From IMG/VR virus record IMGVR_UViG_3300050821_017219, positions 14,383 to 78,382 of that record: a stretch of DNA of 64,000 nucleotides; one strand, given 5' to 3'. The stretch is from a virus. Below the pieces are notes generated by a model. The model was not told where the DNA came from, did not search any database, and saw only the letters and a list, made by a program, of their open reading frames with translations. The position numbers were made by a program, and so were the translations under genes. Below are positions 10,574-20,014 of this stretch, piece by piece. Positions within the stretch are counted from its first letter, which is position 1, and each line of letters starts with the position of its first letter.

Positions 10574-11070
10574 CAGACAGGCTTGCCGGCGTTCGCCGCG
10601 ATGTTCGTCGCGAGGTTGACCAGGATAAGCGCGCCCAATCCGATGCCCGCCGTCGCGAAGCCGACGTTGCGATTGGCGGGGGAGACCAGACCGACGACGA
10701 AGCCGCCGAGCGCCGTCGCACCGACGCCGACGCTGCCCCCACCGACTGCTCCGCCGAGGATGTCGACGGGCTTCGCCATCGCCCCTCCGAACGCGCCGAG
10801 ACCCCCGCCGACCGCGGCGCCGAGACCGAGGTAGCCGAGGGCGCCACCGATGGCGCTGTTGCTGGTAGGGTTGGCGTAGGCGAGACCGCGGTCGCGACGA
10901 CGAGAAAGTCGGTGAGACATGTTTCGCTTCTTTTTCTGCTGCTTTGACGCTGCTTTGCGTTGAATGCGGTAGGCGATGGCTGCGGCTTGCGCGGGTGGGT
11001 AGCCGTCGCGGCGAAGGGTCGCGATGTTGCGGCTTCGGGTAGCGTCGCTTGAGCCTCGGAGGAGAGGCAT
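10573..11070 (-). CDS. Basic N-terminal domain + NP motif + Gly-zipper membrane protein (putative virion protein)
   Basis: MPLLRGSS..RNIATL..GYPPAQAAAIAY phage-type small domain, RRRDRGLAYANP, three Gly-rich hydrophobic helices. Confidence 0.65.
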   Translation of the reverse strand: MPLLRGSSDATRSRNIATLRRDGYPPAQAAAIAYRIQRKAASKQQKKKRNMSHRLSRRRDRGLAYANPTSNSAIGGALGYLGLGAAVGGGLGAFGGAMAKPVDILGGAVGGGSVGVGATALGGFVVGLVSPANRNVGFATAGIGLGALILVNLATNIAANAGKPV

Positions 11071-11151
11071 GCGTCTACTCTAGCAGCGACGTCGATTCGG
11101 CGGTAGAGTCAAGTAGTAGACATGCGCCGTCAGACGAGACGTTGCTGAGAC

Positions 11152-11889
11152 ATGCTTGACTTCCCCGCCGCCGCCGCTGCACTCTGGGCGATCACCGCTG
11201 CGACGGGGGTAAAGCCCGAGCATCTGTTGCCGCCGTTGTTTTTGGAGAGCGGATTCGATCCGAGCATCCCGAATGCGGCAGGGCAGCCATTTTATGGGAT
11301 CAACCAGGCATCGACGCAGCTGATCTCCACCTATGCCGGAGTCGATCCGCAGACGTATCTGACGTGGCCGGCGTCACAGCAGCTCTCGACGGTCGTCAAG
11401 GGAATGATCGCAGACATCGTCCACCGGTACGGTCCGATCCGAAGTGCGACCAGAATGTATCAAGCGAATTTCCTGCCAGCGACGCTACCGACCGCGCGAC
11501 AGCTTTCGGATGTTCTGACGTCGCCGCCGTCACCCTTCTACAATGCCAACTCGGGACTCGACGCGAACCACGACGGCGCCATTACCCTCGGCGACCTCGC
11601 GGTAAAGATGACGCAGATGGCGCATCGCCCACAGGTGCAGCAGGCGATTCGCGACACCTACGCGGCGCGTGACGGCGCAACCGCTTCGGCGTCAGCTGCG
11701 GCATCGCCGACGGACATCAACGAGATCGTCTACGGCGACGACTTCAGCTTCATGCAGCAAAATCCGACGCTACGAAACGCGTTGGTCGTTGCTGGCATCC
11801 TCGCGGTTGGCGGCGGTGTCATCTACGCCATCGAGACGCGGCGGTTGGATCGATTTATTCTACCGAAGCGAAACCGACGTCGCCGTTGA
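11152..11889 (+). CDS. Lytic transglycosylase (lysozyme-like) with C-terminal TM anchor and basic tail
   Basis: LFLESGFDP (catalytic Glu), FYGINQ, YNANSGLDANHDGAIT; TM LVVAGILAVGGGVIYAI followed by KRNRRRR. Confidence 0.78.
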   Translation: MLDFPAAAAALWAITAATGVKPEHLLPPLFLESGFDPSIPNAAGQPFYGINQASTQLISTYAGVDPQTYLTWPASQQLSTVVKGMIADIVHRYGPIRSATRMYQANFLPATLPTARQLSDVLTSPPSPFYNANSGLDANHDGAITLGDLAVKMTQMAHRPQVQQAIRDTYAARDGATASASAAASPTDINEIVYGDDFSFMQQNPTLRNALVVAGILAVGGGVIYAIETRRLDRFILPKRNRRRR

Positions 11890-11922
11890 ATCGATTCATC
11901 TAAAAGAATCTGAGAATCACAA

Positions 11923-13476
11923 ATGGCCGGAACACTCATCGTTCGTCGAGCTCGCGTCGTCACCAACGTCGGCTCGGGTAGCGGCAACGGCGCAACCGGC
12001 GCAACTGGACCGGGCGGAGGCGCGACTGGACCGACGGGGGCGACAGGTGCAACCGGGGCCGTCGGCGCATCAGGTGCCACGGGTGCTTTCGGTGTCACCG
12101 GCGCTACGGGGCCGACCGCACGCACGCCGCTTGGCGCAGTCAGATTCATCGATCCATCCAACTCATCTGGCCTGGCGTCAGACAGCAACAACGGCGCAAC
12201 CAACGTAACGCCAATTCTGACGACAGCGCATCTCAATAACCTTCTGTTCTTCAAATCGCTGACGGCCAATACGACGATTACGTATATGAGCGACGATCTT
12301 AGCGGCGTTGGGTTGGATTATTCAACGATGGCGTTGGGCAATTTCAACTTGACGTTTCAGATGACGCCGGTCGTTACGCATACGGGTGGAACGCTCAACG
12401 CCGGCACGGTCGCGATCAATCCGTTGGCGGCGTCTGGCGGTCAACGCCAAGTCGTTCATACTTCCGACGTTGTGACGTTCAATCCGTTTGTCTTTACAGG
12501 ATTGGGCGGAGCGTCGGCGCATCCACAACGACTCGTCGCGACGAGTGGAGGCGACGTCAATACTGGCGCGTGGATCGTCTCAGCAACAACCCCAGCTTCG
12601 CCGTCGATGTCTCGGTCAATCACGCCTGGTGGAACCAACGGCAATCTAACGATTGGCGACACCTACAAGATTCAGCGTGGGGGGATCATCAACGTCACGC
12701 AAGGCCAACCTCCCACACAAGACGCCGGGCCGTCTGGAGGTGGCGGTGGTCTAGTGTTCTTCAACGACGCCGCCTTTGGCCTAACGAGCTGGGGCATCGG
12801 AGGTATACAATACGCCCGATGTAGCTTTGAGAATTCACTTGTCGTTGCTGCGGGTCTTACCGATTGCTTCGTCGGCGCTGGTATTATCGAGATTCTACCG
12901 ATTGGATCTATCTCGATGACAGCCGGTGTTCTTGTGACGACTATCTTCGATTTACTTCATTCGTCCATTAGTTTTGCTGACGATACGTACATCACCGGAT
13001 CAGCCTTTATTCTTTCGGGCAACGTCTATGGTAGCGTAACGGCTCTGCCAGGTAGTGGTAACGGGATTCAAATCCAAGATATGACGAACCCTACCGGCGC
13101 GCTCATCGTTTTGACCGCCATCCCGTTTGCGAATCAGACGGGGTCGCCGTCGAACCCGCTCATCTGGGGAAACGGTAACGTCGGACCGGGTATCACGATC
13201 GGACCGGGAGCGTGTATCACGGTGGCTGACGAGGTTGGGGTTGTACCGAGCGTCACCGGAACCGGCGGAGACTTCGCATTCATCGCCGAAAATAGCGGAC
13301 CGCTTGTGACGGTAGCGCGCGCTTGGAACAACGCGACGGGCGCCTACACGGAAGCGGGGGGCGTTGCGACCAGAACGACGACCTGGGCGCATTTCGCTGC
13401 TAGTATCTCCCCCGGTGGCGGTTTTCTCTTTCAAGCGCATAACGTAGCGACAGCAGCGTCAATCATTGCGGTCTGA
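11923..13476 (+). CDS. Collagen-like fibre/spike protein with beta-rich head
   Basis: Short GAT tract, then FIDPSNSSGLASDSNNG..T.PILT motif typical of beta-helix adhesin starts. Confidence 0.7.
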   Translation: MAGTLIVRRARVVTNVGSGSGNGATGATGPGGGATGPTGATGATGAVGASGATGAFGVTGATGPTARTPLGAVRFIDPSNSSGLASDSNNGATNVTPILTTAHLNNLLFFKSLTANTTITYMSDDLSGVGLDYSTMALGNFNLTFQMTPVVTHTGGTLNAGTVAINPLAASGGQRQVVHTSDVVTFNPFVFTGLGGASAHPQRLVATSGGDVNTGAWIVSATTPASPSMSRSITPGGTNGNLTIGDTYKIQRGGIINVTQGQPPTQDAGPSGGGGGLVFFNDAAFGLTSWGIGGIQYARCSFENSLVVAAGLTDCFVGAGIIEILPIGSISMTAGVLVTTIFDLLHSSISFADDTYITGSAFILSGNVYGSVTALPGSGNGIQIQDMTNPTGALIVLTAIPFANQTGSPSNPLIWGNGNVGPGITIGPGACITVADEVGVVPSVTGTGGDFAFIAENSGPLVTVARAWNNATGAYTEAGGVATRTTTWAHFAASISPGGGFLFQAHNVATAASIIAV

Positions 13477-13490
13477 AAAGGAGACTAAAA

Positions 13491-13898
13491 ATGTTCAAGC
13501 AAAGCTATCCAATACCGGCGCCTACCTACTTCTCGGCATCGTCGGCTCAACCGTTCAATCTTGTCCTAAACCTAGCGACCGGGCCTAATCCGATTCCAGT
13601 CGCAGCGACACAAGCTCGGATGCTCATTATCAAAGCTAAGTTCATATTCTTATGCCCTACCCCAGCCAATTCTGGCGCGGACGGCTGGGACGATTTGGTG
13701 TTTACGGTAATATCCGGTTCAACGCTGAGCGTCTCAACGCACAACACCGGCGGCGGTGGCGGATTCTCTAATGCAATAGCAGCTGCTTCGATCAATGCTA
13801 ACGGAGACTTGCAGATCAGTCTCGGGTCGGCAGGTGGCGTAACCCCGTATGATATTTGGTTTGAAGTCGACGAGATGACACTATATGGCGATACTTGA
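13491..13898 (+). CDS. Small beta-rich protein, probable virion accessory
   Basis: AGGAG RBS, follows the fibre gene. Confidence 0.6.
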   Translation: MFKQSYPIPAPTYFSASSAQPFNLVLNLATGPNPIPVAATQARMLIIKAKFIFLCPTPANSGADGWDDLVFTVISGSTLSVSTHNTGGGGGFSNAIAAASINANGDLQISLGSAGGVTPYDIWFEVDEMTLYGDT

Positions 13899-13908
13899 AT
13901 CGCGACGT

Positions 13909-15147
13909 TTATTTGACGCGCAATTCTTTGCGTTCGCCAGATTCGATACAGCCTAGTTTTTTCAACTTCTCAATCATTCGGCCGCCTTCGAGTTGGCCGA
14001 GCGCGCGTATGATGCTGGCCTGGCTAAGATTCGTGAATGGCCGCGAAACGAAATCGACCGGTCTTCCGTCTGGTCTGATCGCCTCGCCGTTTTGACGAAT
14101 CCAAGCGCGAATTTCGGCGTCGATGACGTCGGCCATCGATTCAAATCGTTTCTTCATCTCCGACAGCTTTTGATGCGCCGCGCCGACATCTTCAGCCGTT
14201 TGAAGTTGCTTTCCATTTCGTAATTCAATCAAGGCTGGCTGATTGACTGGACATGCCGAGAATGTCTGGCAGTAGCGGCAGTAGAAGTCGGGCCGAATGA
14301 AGCCACTGTCGCGTCGACTTTCGGCTTCTTTCAATGCGTCGGCGTGTCGATTCAAGTCGTCTGAATCTAATGTGTCGGCGTAAACCGTCGGCGTCATACC
14401 AGCTGGCGCATGCATGAAAGCGATGATCGCGAAGTCAGCTTCATAGAGACGCGTCGCAGCCAACGCCAATGTCTTCAGCTGGCCTGACTCCATCGGCGAG
14501 CCGACGTCGAAGCCGCTCTTGTGGTCTAACACCAAGACGTAGCTACGTTGGCGATACATACCGACGCCAAGCAGGTCGATGGCGCCTGGAATCTCGTGCG
14601 TCTGACGGTCGCGATACTCGTGAGTGTCACTCGTTGGCGGATCGCATCGACGCGCTTCGCCGGTTTCGATGTTGTAGGCGATCGTCTCTTCGTAGGAGAG
14701 ACGCCATGTTTTCACTTGAAAATTGATTCGCCACGGATTCTCTCCGCCAAGCCACGCGCGTAGGATTGGAAGAGCAGCTTCGACGCGTTCGCCGACGGCT
14801 TTCGCATCGACGTCGAATTTGGCTGCGGTCGTCTTCAAGGTTGTAGCTGCGTCTCTGCCTCGTTTTCTTTTGAGGCGAGACTCTAAGACGGCATGAAAGG
14901 CAGAACCGAAACGCGCAGGCTCGCCGACTTCGTTGTCAGTTTGAGGCTTACCCCACGGAAACGAGCAGCCGAGGAAGCGATCTGTTTTCGACGCGGTTGG
15001 CTCAACCACCACCGGCGCGACGTCGATAGCATATGCTTCAGGAAGTCGGCAGTAGGGAAGCGATGACGGTTCGATGGTTTTGGCGGCATCTAAGGCGGCG
15101 AGACTCTCCATCAATTCTCGCGAAGCCGCTTCGACGCGTTTCTTCAC
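13909..15147 (-). CDS. PD-(D/E)XK Cas4/RecB-like exonuclease
   Basis: FGSAFH, GAIDLL, VLDHKSG, GQL, C-terminal CRYC...CP plus N-terminal Cys (Fe-S ligands). Confidence 0.8.
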   Translation of the reverse strand: MKKRVEAASRELMESLAALDAAKTIEPSSLPYCRLPEAYAIDVAPVVVEPTASKTDRFLGCSFPWGKPQTDNEVGEPARFGSAFHAVLESRLKRKRGRDAATTLKTTAAKFDVDAKAVGERVEAALPILRAWLGGENPWRINFQVKTWRLSYEETIAYNIETGEARRCDPPTSDTHEYRDRQTHEIPGAIDLLGVGMYRQRSYVLVLDHKSGFDVGSPMESGQLKTLALAATRLYEADFAIIAFMHAPAGMTPTVYADTLDSDDLNRHADALKEAESRRDSGFIRPDFYCRYCQTFSACPVNQPALIELRNGKQLQTAEDVGAAHQKLSEMKKRFESMADVIDAEIRAWIRQNGEAIRPDGRPVDFVSRPFTNLSQASIIRALGQLEGGRMIEKLKKLGCIESGERKELRVK

Positions 15148-15160
15148 GACGCCGTCTCCA

Positions 15161-15583
15161 TCAGCCGCATCGCCTCGTAGATTCGCTTCGCCTGTCTACC
15201 AGATCGAAAGCGTCGTCGACGGCGGCTTTCAGCGCTTCCCAGGTCTCGCGCGTGTGATCGACTGAGGCGAGGCGCAGGGTCGGCGGGAAGGGCCCGTGGG
15301 CGTGCGGCGCGGGCGTCTCTTCGTCGACGGCCTGGTCGACGAGCACGGCGAGCTCGACGGGCGCCGTGCGGCCCGGGAGCACGGCCCGGACCGACAGCGT
15401 GCGATCGCGCACGCGCCATTCGCGGGCCAGGTACCCGCGAATGTGCCAATCGGCGATCCGCAAGCACCCATCGGGCGCGACGGCGATCGCGCCCGCCTGG
15501 ACGACGGCGACGCCGGCGGCGCCGAGCAGCTCCGCGCAGACGCGCGCCGCGAGGGCCTCGTCGAAGGGCTTCAGGACGGCCAC
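15161..15583 (-). CDS. Hypothetical protein (C-terminus paralogous to 15747-16067)
   Basis: GTG start; shared PP..L....TR..WE..K.AVD.AFD motif. Confidence 0.55.
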   Translation of the reverse strand: MAVLKPFDEALAARVCAELLGAAGVAVVQAGAIAVAPDGCLRIADWHIRGYLAREWRVRDRTLSVRAVLPGRTAPVELAVLVDQAVDEETPAPHAHGPFPPTLRLASVDHTRETWEALKAAVDDAFDLVDRRSESTRRCG

Positions 15584-15750
15584 CCTTTCGAGAGAAAGCC
15601 GACGAGGTAGACGAGGCCCATGCCCCACACGGTGGCCGTCGCCCAGGGCGGCCACTTGTCGCCCTGGCCGAGCGTGTAGCCGGCGGCGAAGCTGAGCGAG
15701 GCGCACGCGACCGCCCCGGCGACCGCCCCCGTGCGTCGGCCGGCGTTCAT
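15571..15750 (-). CDS. Small membrane protein
   Basis: Two hydrophobic segments; ATGA coupling. Confidence 0.5.
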   Translation of the reverse strand: MNAGRRTGAVAGAVACASLSFAAGYTLGQGDKWPPWATATVWGMGLVYLVGFLSKGWPS

Positions 15751-16067
15751 GGCGACGGCCACTTTCCCTCGAACGCGTCGAAGGCCCGATCGACCGCCCG
15801 CTTGACCGTTTCCCAGTCGGCGCGCGTGAGGTCGCGGAGGTCCACGAGCGTGACGCGCGGCGGGTCGTCAAAGACGCCGGCGCGGTTCGAGTGCTGCGCG
15901 ACCGTGCCGAGGTGCGTGGTGGGGGGGCGGTCTCCGAACACCACGAAGGATGCCCGGCGCACGCGGTCGAGCCGCTCGGATTCGACGAGCTCGAGCTCGA
16001 TCGCCGGGGCGTCGGAGGGGTTCGAGACGCTGTGCACGGCGTCGGGCGGGGGCGGGGTGTGGACCAT
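15747..16067 (-). CDS. Hypothetical protein (paralogous to 15161-15583)
   Basis: GGAGG upstream; shared C-terminal motif. Confidence 0.55.
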   Translation of the reverse strand: MVHTPPPPDAVHSVSNPSDAPAIELELVESERLDRVRRASFVVFGDRPPTTHLGTVAQHSNRAGVFDDPPRVTLVDLRDLTRADWETVKRAVDRAFDAFEGKWPSP

Positions 16068-16182
16068 GGGAAATCCGTGGAGGAAAAGGTTGATTGCATC
16101 CCAGTCGATGATGCATCGCTGGGCGGGCGGCGGCTGACGCATGTTTAACCGTGCCGTCCGTTGGCGGCCTTGCCGGTCTTTC

Positions 16183-16631
16183 TCATCCCGAACGACCGAT
16201 TGACCCCCGAGGGGCGCGCGAGGCCGAGCCCAGCTCGTCAGCCTGATCGGCGGACTCAACGAGCATTCTGGCAAGCTCGCGCGCGTCGCGAGATGAAAGA
16301 AGCGTCTCTATGGCGGTGTGATCCGACTGAGAATCGACGAGAAGGCGTACGACGTTCCCCGGTGACGGCCCGACGAGTGATCTAACCACCACTTCAAACA
16401 TCGTCTTCATTTGCGGCTCACCACCGGCGCTTCGTCGACGGAGACGCGCGCATCAGCATCCACCATTGGGATTTCGACGACGCTCACGATGCTGCCGACG
16501 CCGTTCATCCACTGCTTCGCGTTGCTCGATGCACCGGCCGACGTGGCAGCGTAGACGATTACTTTGCGTTCGATCGTCACCTCCCACCGTCTAACCTTCG
16601 ATGCTGCTTCCGTCGTCGTTTCGTCGGTCAT
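16183..16631 (-). CDS. Two coupled small hypothetical proteins (16407-16631, 16183-16410)
   Basis: ATGA overlap; GAAGGGAG RBS upstream of 16631. Confidence 0.55.
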
Positions 16632-16759
16632 TTCGACGTCTCCCTTCGGTCTCCCACTTGCTGAGTCACAACCGTCACGGTAGTGTCTGCTTGTCGTTTC
16701 GTGCTGCCCGACTTAGTCTAAGCAGACGCGGCAGTAACGCAAGCGAAAAGGCGGCTAGA

Positions 16760-16948
16760 ATGAAAAACGTATCGACTGAAAAAGTCGACGAGTTGTTTCG
16801 TGCGGTCGAAGCGCATCTCGCGCAAGCGCCGGATTTGGCGGATCGGCTAGAGGCGGAGCTTCAGCATCATCTCGCCCGCGCGCGAGAAATCGAGACGGCG
16901 CTCGTTCATATACGACCGATTGCCCTTGCGCATCGAAGCCGTCGATGA
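16760..16948 (+). CDS. Small helical hypothetical protein, first gene of the rightward replication operon
   Basis: Coupled to the next gene by ATGA. Confidence 0.5.
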   Translation: MKNVSTEKVDELFRAVEAHLAQAPDLADRLEAELQHHLARAREIETALVHIRPIALAHRSRR

Positions 16949-17322
16949 CGAAGCGCATCCTCGTCGTCGGGGGTCGCTCCTTCAAAGACTGGCGTCTCCT
17001 GTTTCGCATCCTCGGCGAGATCAAGGCAGCGCTCGACGAGAAGCCCGTCATCGTCACCTGGAACGCCATCGGCGAGAAGACCGACGGCGCCGTTAGGCTG
17101 GCGCGGAAGTTCGCGCGTGAGAACGACCTGCTTTGGGTCGAGAATCTCTTCGCGGAGCTACAGCTTGTCGTCGCCTTCCCGGGGGCCGGCACAGAGCGAG
17201 CGCTGCAGCATGCATGGCGCAAGCGCATCCCGGCGCTGAAGGTCTTCGCCGACGGCAACGTCATCGTCGTCGGAAGTAGCTGCAAACAATTCTTTGCGAC
17301 ACGGAAGGCGGCACCACGATGA
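16945..17322 (+). CDS. SLOG-family (DUF2493/YspA-like) protein
   Basis: RILVVGGRSF...VVAFPGAGT. Confidence 0.7.
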   Translation: MTKRILVVGGRSFKDWRLLFRILGEIKAALDEKPVIVTWNAIGEKTDGAVRLARKFARENDLLWVENLFAELQLVVAFPGAGTERALQHAWRKRIPALKVFADGNVIVVGSSCKQFFATRKAAPR

Positions 17323-17741
17323 GGGTTCTGGTCTGCGGCGGTCGCGACTATCGCGGCATCGAATGCGTCAACGCGACGCTCGATCGCCTCCACGCCGTCT
17401 ACGGCATCGAGGTGGTCATCCATAGCGGCGTCGGTAGTCTTACTGATTTTTACGCCGGAGGATGGGCGACTCATCACGGCGTTGGCCAGCATGTTTTTCG
17501 CGCAGATTTCAGAAGCTACGGCAAGTCTGCCGGCCCGCGCCGCAACGCCGAGATGCTCCGCAAAGGGAAGCCTGACCTGGTCGTGGTCTTCCCGGGGAGA
17601 TGCGGAACGCGCGACATGTTTCACAAGTCGATCCGCGTCGGTGTCGCTGTCGTCGAAATAATGTCGTCGCGCGTCGTAAAAATTCATGGCGAGGCCGTTC
17701 GATACGCGCGCGCCTTCGCTGAAGAAAAGGCGACGCCATGA
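17319..17741 (+). CDS. SLOG-family (DUF2493/YspA-like) protein
   Basis: MRVLVCGGRDY...YGKSAGPRRNAEML..KPDLVVVFPG..GTRDM. Confidence 0.82.
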   Translation: MRVLVCGGRDYRGIECVNATLDRLHAVYGIEVVIHSGVGSLTDFYAGGWATHHGVGQHVFRADFRSYGKSAGPRRNAEMLRKGKPDLVVVFPGRCGTRDMFHKSIRVGVAVVEIMSSRVVKIHGEAVRYARAFAEEKATP

Positions 17742-17872
17742 CGCTGCCGATTTTTTGGATGATTCTGCTGCTCGGCGCCTTCGCTATCGTTTTCTGCGGT
17801 CTGCTGATCTGGCTGTCATTCGTCGAGACGAAGTTTTTAGACGGCTCCAACAAAAACGGCGACGGCGAATGA
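17738..17872 (+). CDS. 44-aa membrane peptide (not in the ORF track)
   Basis: MTLPIFWMILLLGAFAIVFCGLLIWLSF...; ATGA overlaps with both neighbours. Confidence 0.55.
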   Translation: MTLPIFWMILLLGAFAIVFCGLLIWLSFVETKFLDGSNKNGDGE

Positions 17873-19584
17873 CCGCCGCCAACCCGAAACGGCCGTCACC
17901 CCTGGCGGCTGCGGCAGCCATCGTTGACGACGACAGCAACGCCAACGGCGGCGACTTCGACGGCATCAGCGGCATCGTCGCTAAAATTCAACAACAGAAT
18001 CAATCGTCGACGACTCCGACTGCTTCTGCTTCGACACCGCCACCAACAACGCCGCCGAAGCAACGCCAGCAGCCACCGGCGAACACCAAGCGCTTCGCGA
18101 AGACCGACACCGGCAACGCCGAGCGACTCGCCTACTACTTCGGGCAGCGCTTCCGCTACGTCGAGGAGTGGGACGAATTTCTGGTCTGGCGATCGACCCA
18201 CTGGCAACGCGACCCCCAGCACGTTCGGGTGGAGGCGTTGACGAAGGAGGTCATCGCCAAAATTCGCGACGAAGCGCGTGGCTTCGGATCAACGACAGCA
18301 GAAGGTCGCGCGCTCTACGCATGGAGTTTAGAAAGTCAGAAGCGGGCGAAGCGTCAGGCGATGGCCGCGCTCTCCCGAAGCGAGCTGGGGGTAGCCGTCT
18401 CCCACGAGAAGTTGGACGCCAACGCGTGGCTGCTGAACGTCAAGAACGGCGTTTTAGATCTACGCAGCGGTGAACTGTCGCCGCATCGACCGACCGACTT
18501 GATCACACGCGTCGCCGACGTCAGATTCGATCGCAAAGCTAAAGCCGAAAATTTCAAACGATTTCTGTCGCGTGTGTTGCCGGATGAAGAGACGCGTCTA
18601 TTTTTGCAGCGCTTCATCGGCTACAGCCTCACGGGGGATGTGGGGGAGCGCGTTTTCGTCGTTTGCTACGGCGGTGGCCGCAACGGCAAGTCGGTGTTGC
18701 TGCGCATCATCCAAGCGATGCTCGGCAAATATTCGACGACCTGCGCGCCTGGTCTTTTGATGGCGCGCAAGGATGAAGCTCACCCCGCCGACGTCGCCGA
18801 CTTATTTGGCGCGAGGTTGGCGGTGGCTTCTGAAGTCAAAAAAGGCCGAACGTTCGACGAAGAGAAGGTCAAGCGCATCACCGGCAACGACATGCTCAAG
18901 GCGCGGCGGATGCGCGAGAATTTCTGGGAGTTCTTGCCGACGCACAAGATCATCTTGGCGACCAACCACAAGCCGAGGGTGGCGGATGCGACCGACAGTT
19001 TTTGGGACCGCATCGCGCTCATCCCGTTCGACGTGCGCATCGACGATGGTGAAGTCGATCGAAGTCTCGCCGAGCGTCTGATCAAGGAGGAGCTCTCCGG
19101 CATCCTTACGTGGGCGATGGAGGGCTGCTTGGCGTGGCAGAAGGAGGGGCTGCGCATCCCGAAGGCCATCGTCGACGCGACGCGGGAGTATCGCGCTGCC
19201 GAGGACGTCGTAGGGGGCTTCGTGGGCGAACGCTGCTTGTTCAGCACCATTGAGTTTGAGTCGATAGCGACGCTCATGGCGGCGGCGCAGAAGTGGTGCG
19301 CGACCAACGAACGCTTTCCCTTCAGCAAAAAAGACCTGGGCGAGTGGTTGAAGCAGCACAAGTGCATCGAGGGCCGAGATAAAGCCTGCAAAGTGCGTGG
19401 ATGGAAGGGAATTCGCCTACGAACGCTCTCCGAAATGGCTCCAGACGTTCAAGACGTTCTAGACTCAAATTTACCCTTATCGGTAGGATCGGGAGTTACA
19501 GATCCCAATACGCGCGCCATAGGTAAAACAGCGTCTGAAACGGCTAGAACGTCTAACGCTAAAAAAGGCGATAAAATCAACTAG
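17869..19584 (+). CDS. D5/P4-family SF3 helicase (D5_N + helicase + wHTH), no primase domain
   Basis: TDTGNAERL, LNVKNGVLDL, Walker A GGGRNGKS, LATNHKPRV, RIALIPF. Confidence 0.9.
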   Translation: MTAANPKRPSPLAAAAAIVDDDSNANGGDFDGISGIVAKIQQQNQSSTTPTASASTPPPTTPPKQRQQPPANTKRFAKTDTGNAERLAYYFGQRFRYVEEWDEFLVWRSTHWQRDPQHVRVEALTKEVIAKIRDEARGFGSTTAEGRALYAWSLESQKRAKRQAMAALSRSELGVAVSHEKLDANAWLLNVKNGVLDLRSGELSPHRPTDLITRVADVRFDRKAKAENFKRFLSRVLPDEETRLFLQRFIGYSLTGDVGERVFVVCYGGGRNGKSVLLRIIQAMLGKYSTTCAPGLLMARKDEAHPADVADLFGARLAVASEVKKGRTFDEEKVKRITGNDMLKARRMRENFWEFLPTHKIILATNHKPRVADATDSFWDRIALIPFDVRIDDGEVDRSLAERLIKEELSGILTWAMEGCLAWQKEGLRIPKAIVDATREYRAAEDVVGGFVGERCLFSTIEFESIATLMAAAQKWCATNERFPFSKKDLGEWLKQHKCIEGRDKACKVRGWKGIRLRTLSEMAPDVQDVLDSNLPLSVGSGVTDPNTRAIGKTASETARTSNAKKGDKIN

Positions 19585-19654
19585 TTGCAGAAACGTCTAC
19601 GTGACCGATCTCACAAACAGCCACGGTTTTATAGCTCAGCCGGAAAGCCGCCAG

Positions 19655-20014
19655 ATGAAGACCGCCAAGCACTACGCCGACCTTCTCGTCAACAACGTCA
19701 CAAAAACGGTGGCGGCGCCGACCATCGAAGACTGGCGCGCCGAAGCCGAAAAAATCTTCGCCTTCATTCTGTTCCAACCGCAGCATCGGCCCAACATTCG
19801 CGTCAACGAGCAGATCATCGCTACGACGGTCATCTACATCGACAGCGTCGGCAACAAGTGGGGCGAGATCGAGACGGCAGAAGCGATTCGTCGCGCGAAG
19901 GCGTTAGGGTTGTCACTCGTCGAGATCAACCCGCGCGCGTCGCCACCGGTCTGCAAGGCGATCAAGTGGCCCTACAGAAAAAAGCCGACCGAACCACCGC
20001 CGGAGATCGTATGA
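19655..20014 (+). CDS. Protein containing only the translation initiation factor IF3 N-terminal domain
   Basis: IRVNEQI.ATTV.YID..G...G.....EA...A...GLSLVEINPRASPPVCK matches the IF3-N consensus RINE.I...VRLID..G...G......AL..A...GLDLVE..P.A.PPVCK. Confidence 0.8.
   Translation: MKTAKHYADLLVNNVTKTVAAPTIEDWRAEAEKIFAFILFQPQHRPNIRVNEQIIATTVIYIDSVGNKWGEIETAEAIRRAKALGLSLVEINPRASPPVCKAIKWPYRKKPTEPPPEIV

Noticed and set aside
13909-15147. Cas4 as evidence of a CRISPR-Cas system
   Set aside because: No other cas genes or array; solo Cas4-like nucleases are common viral recombination enzymes
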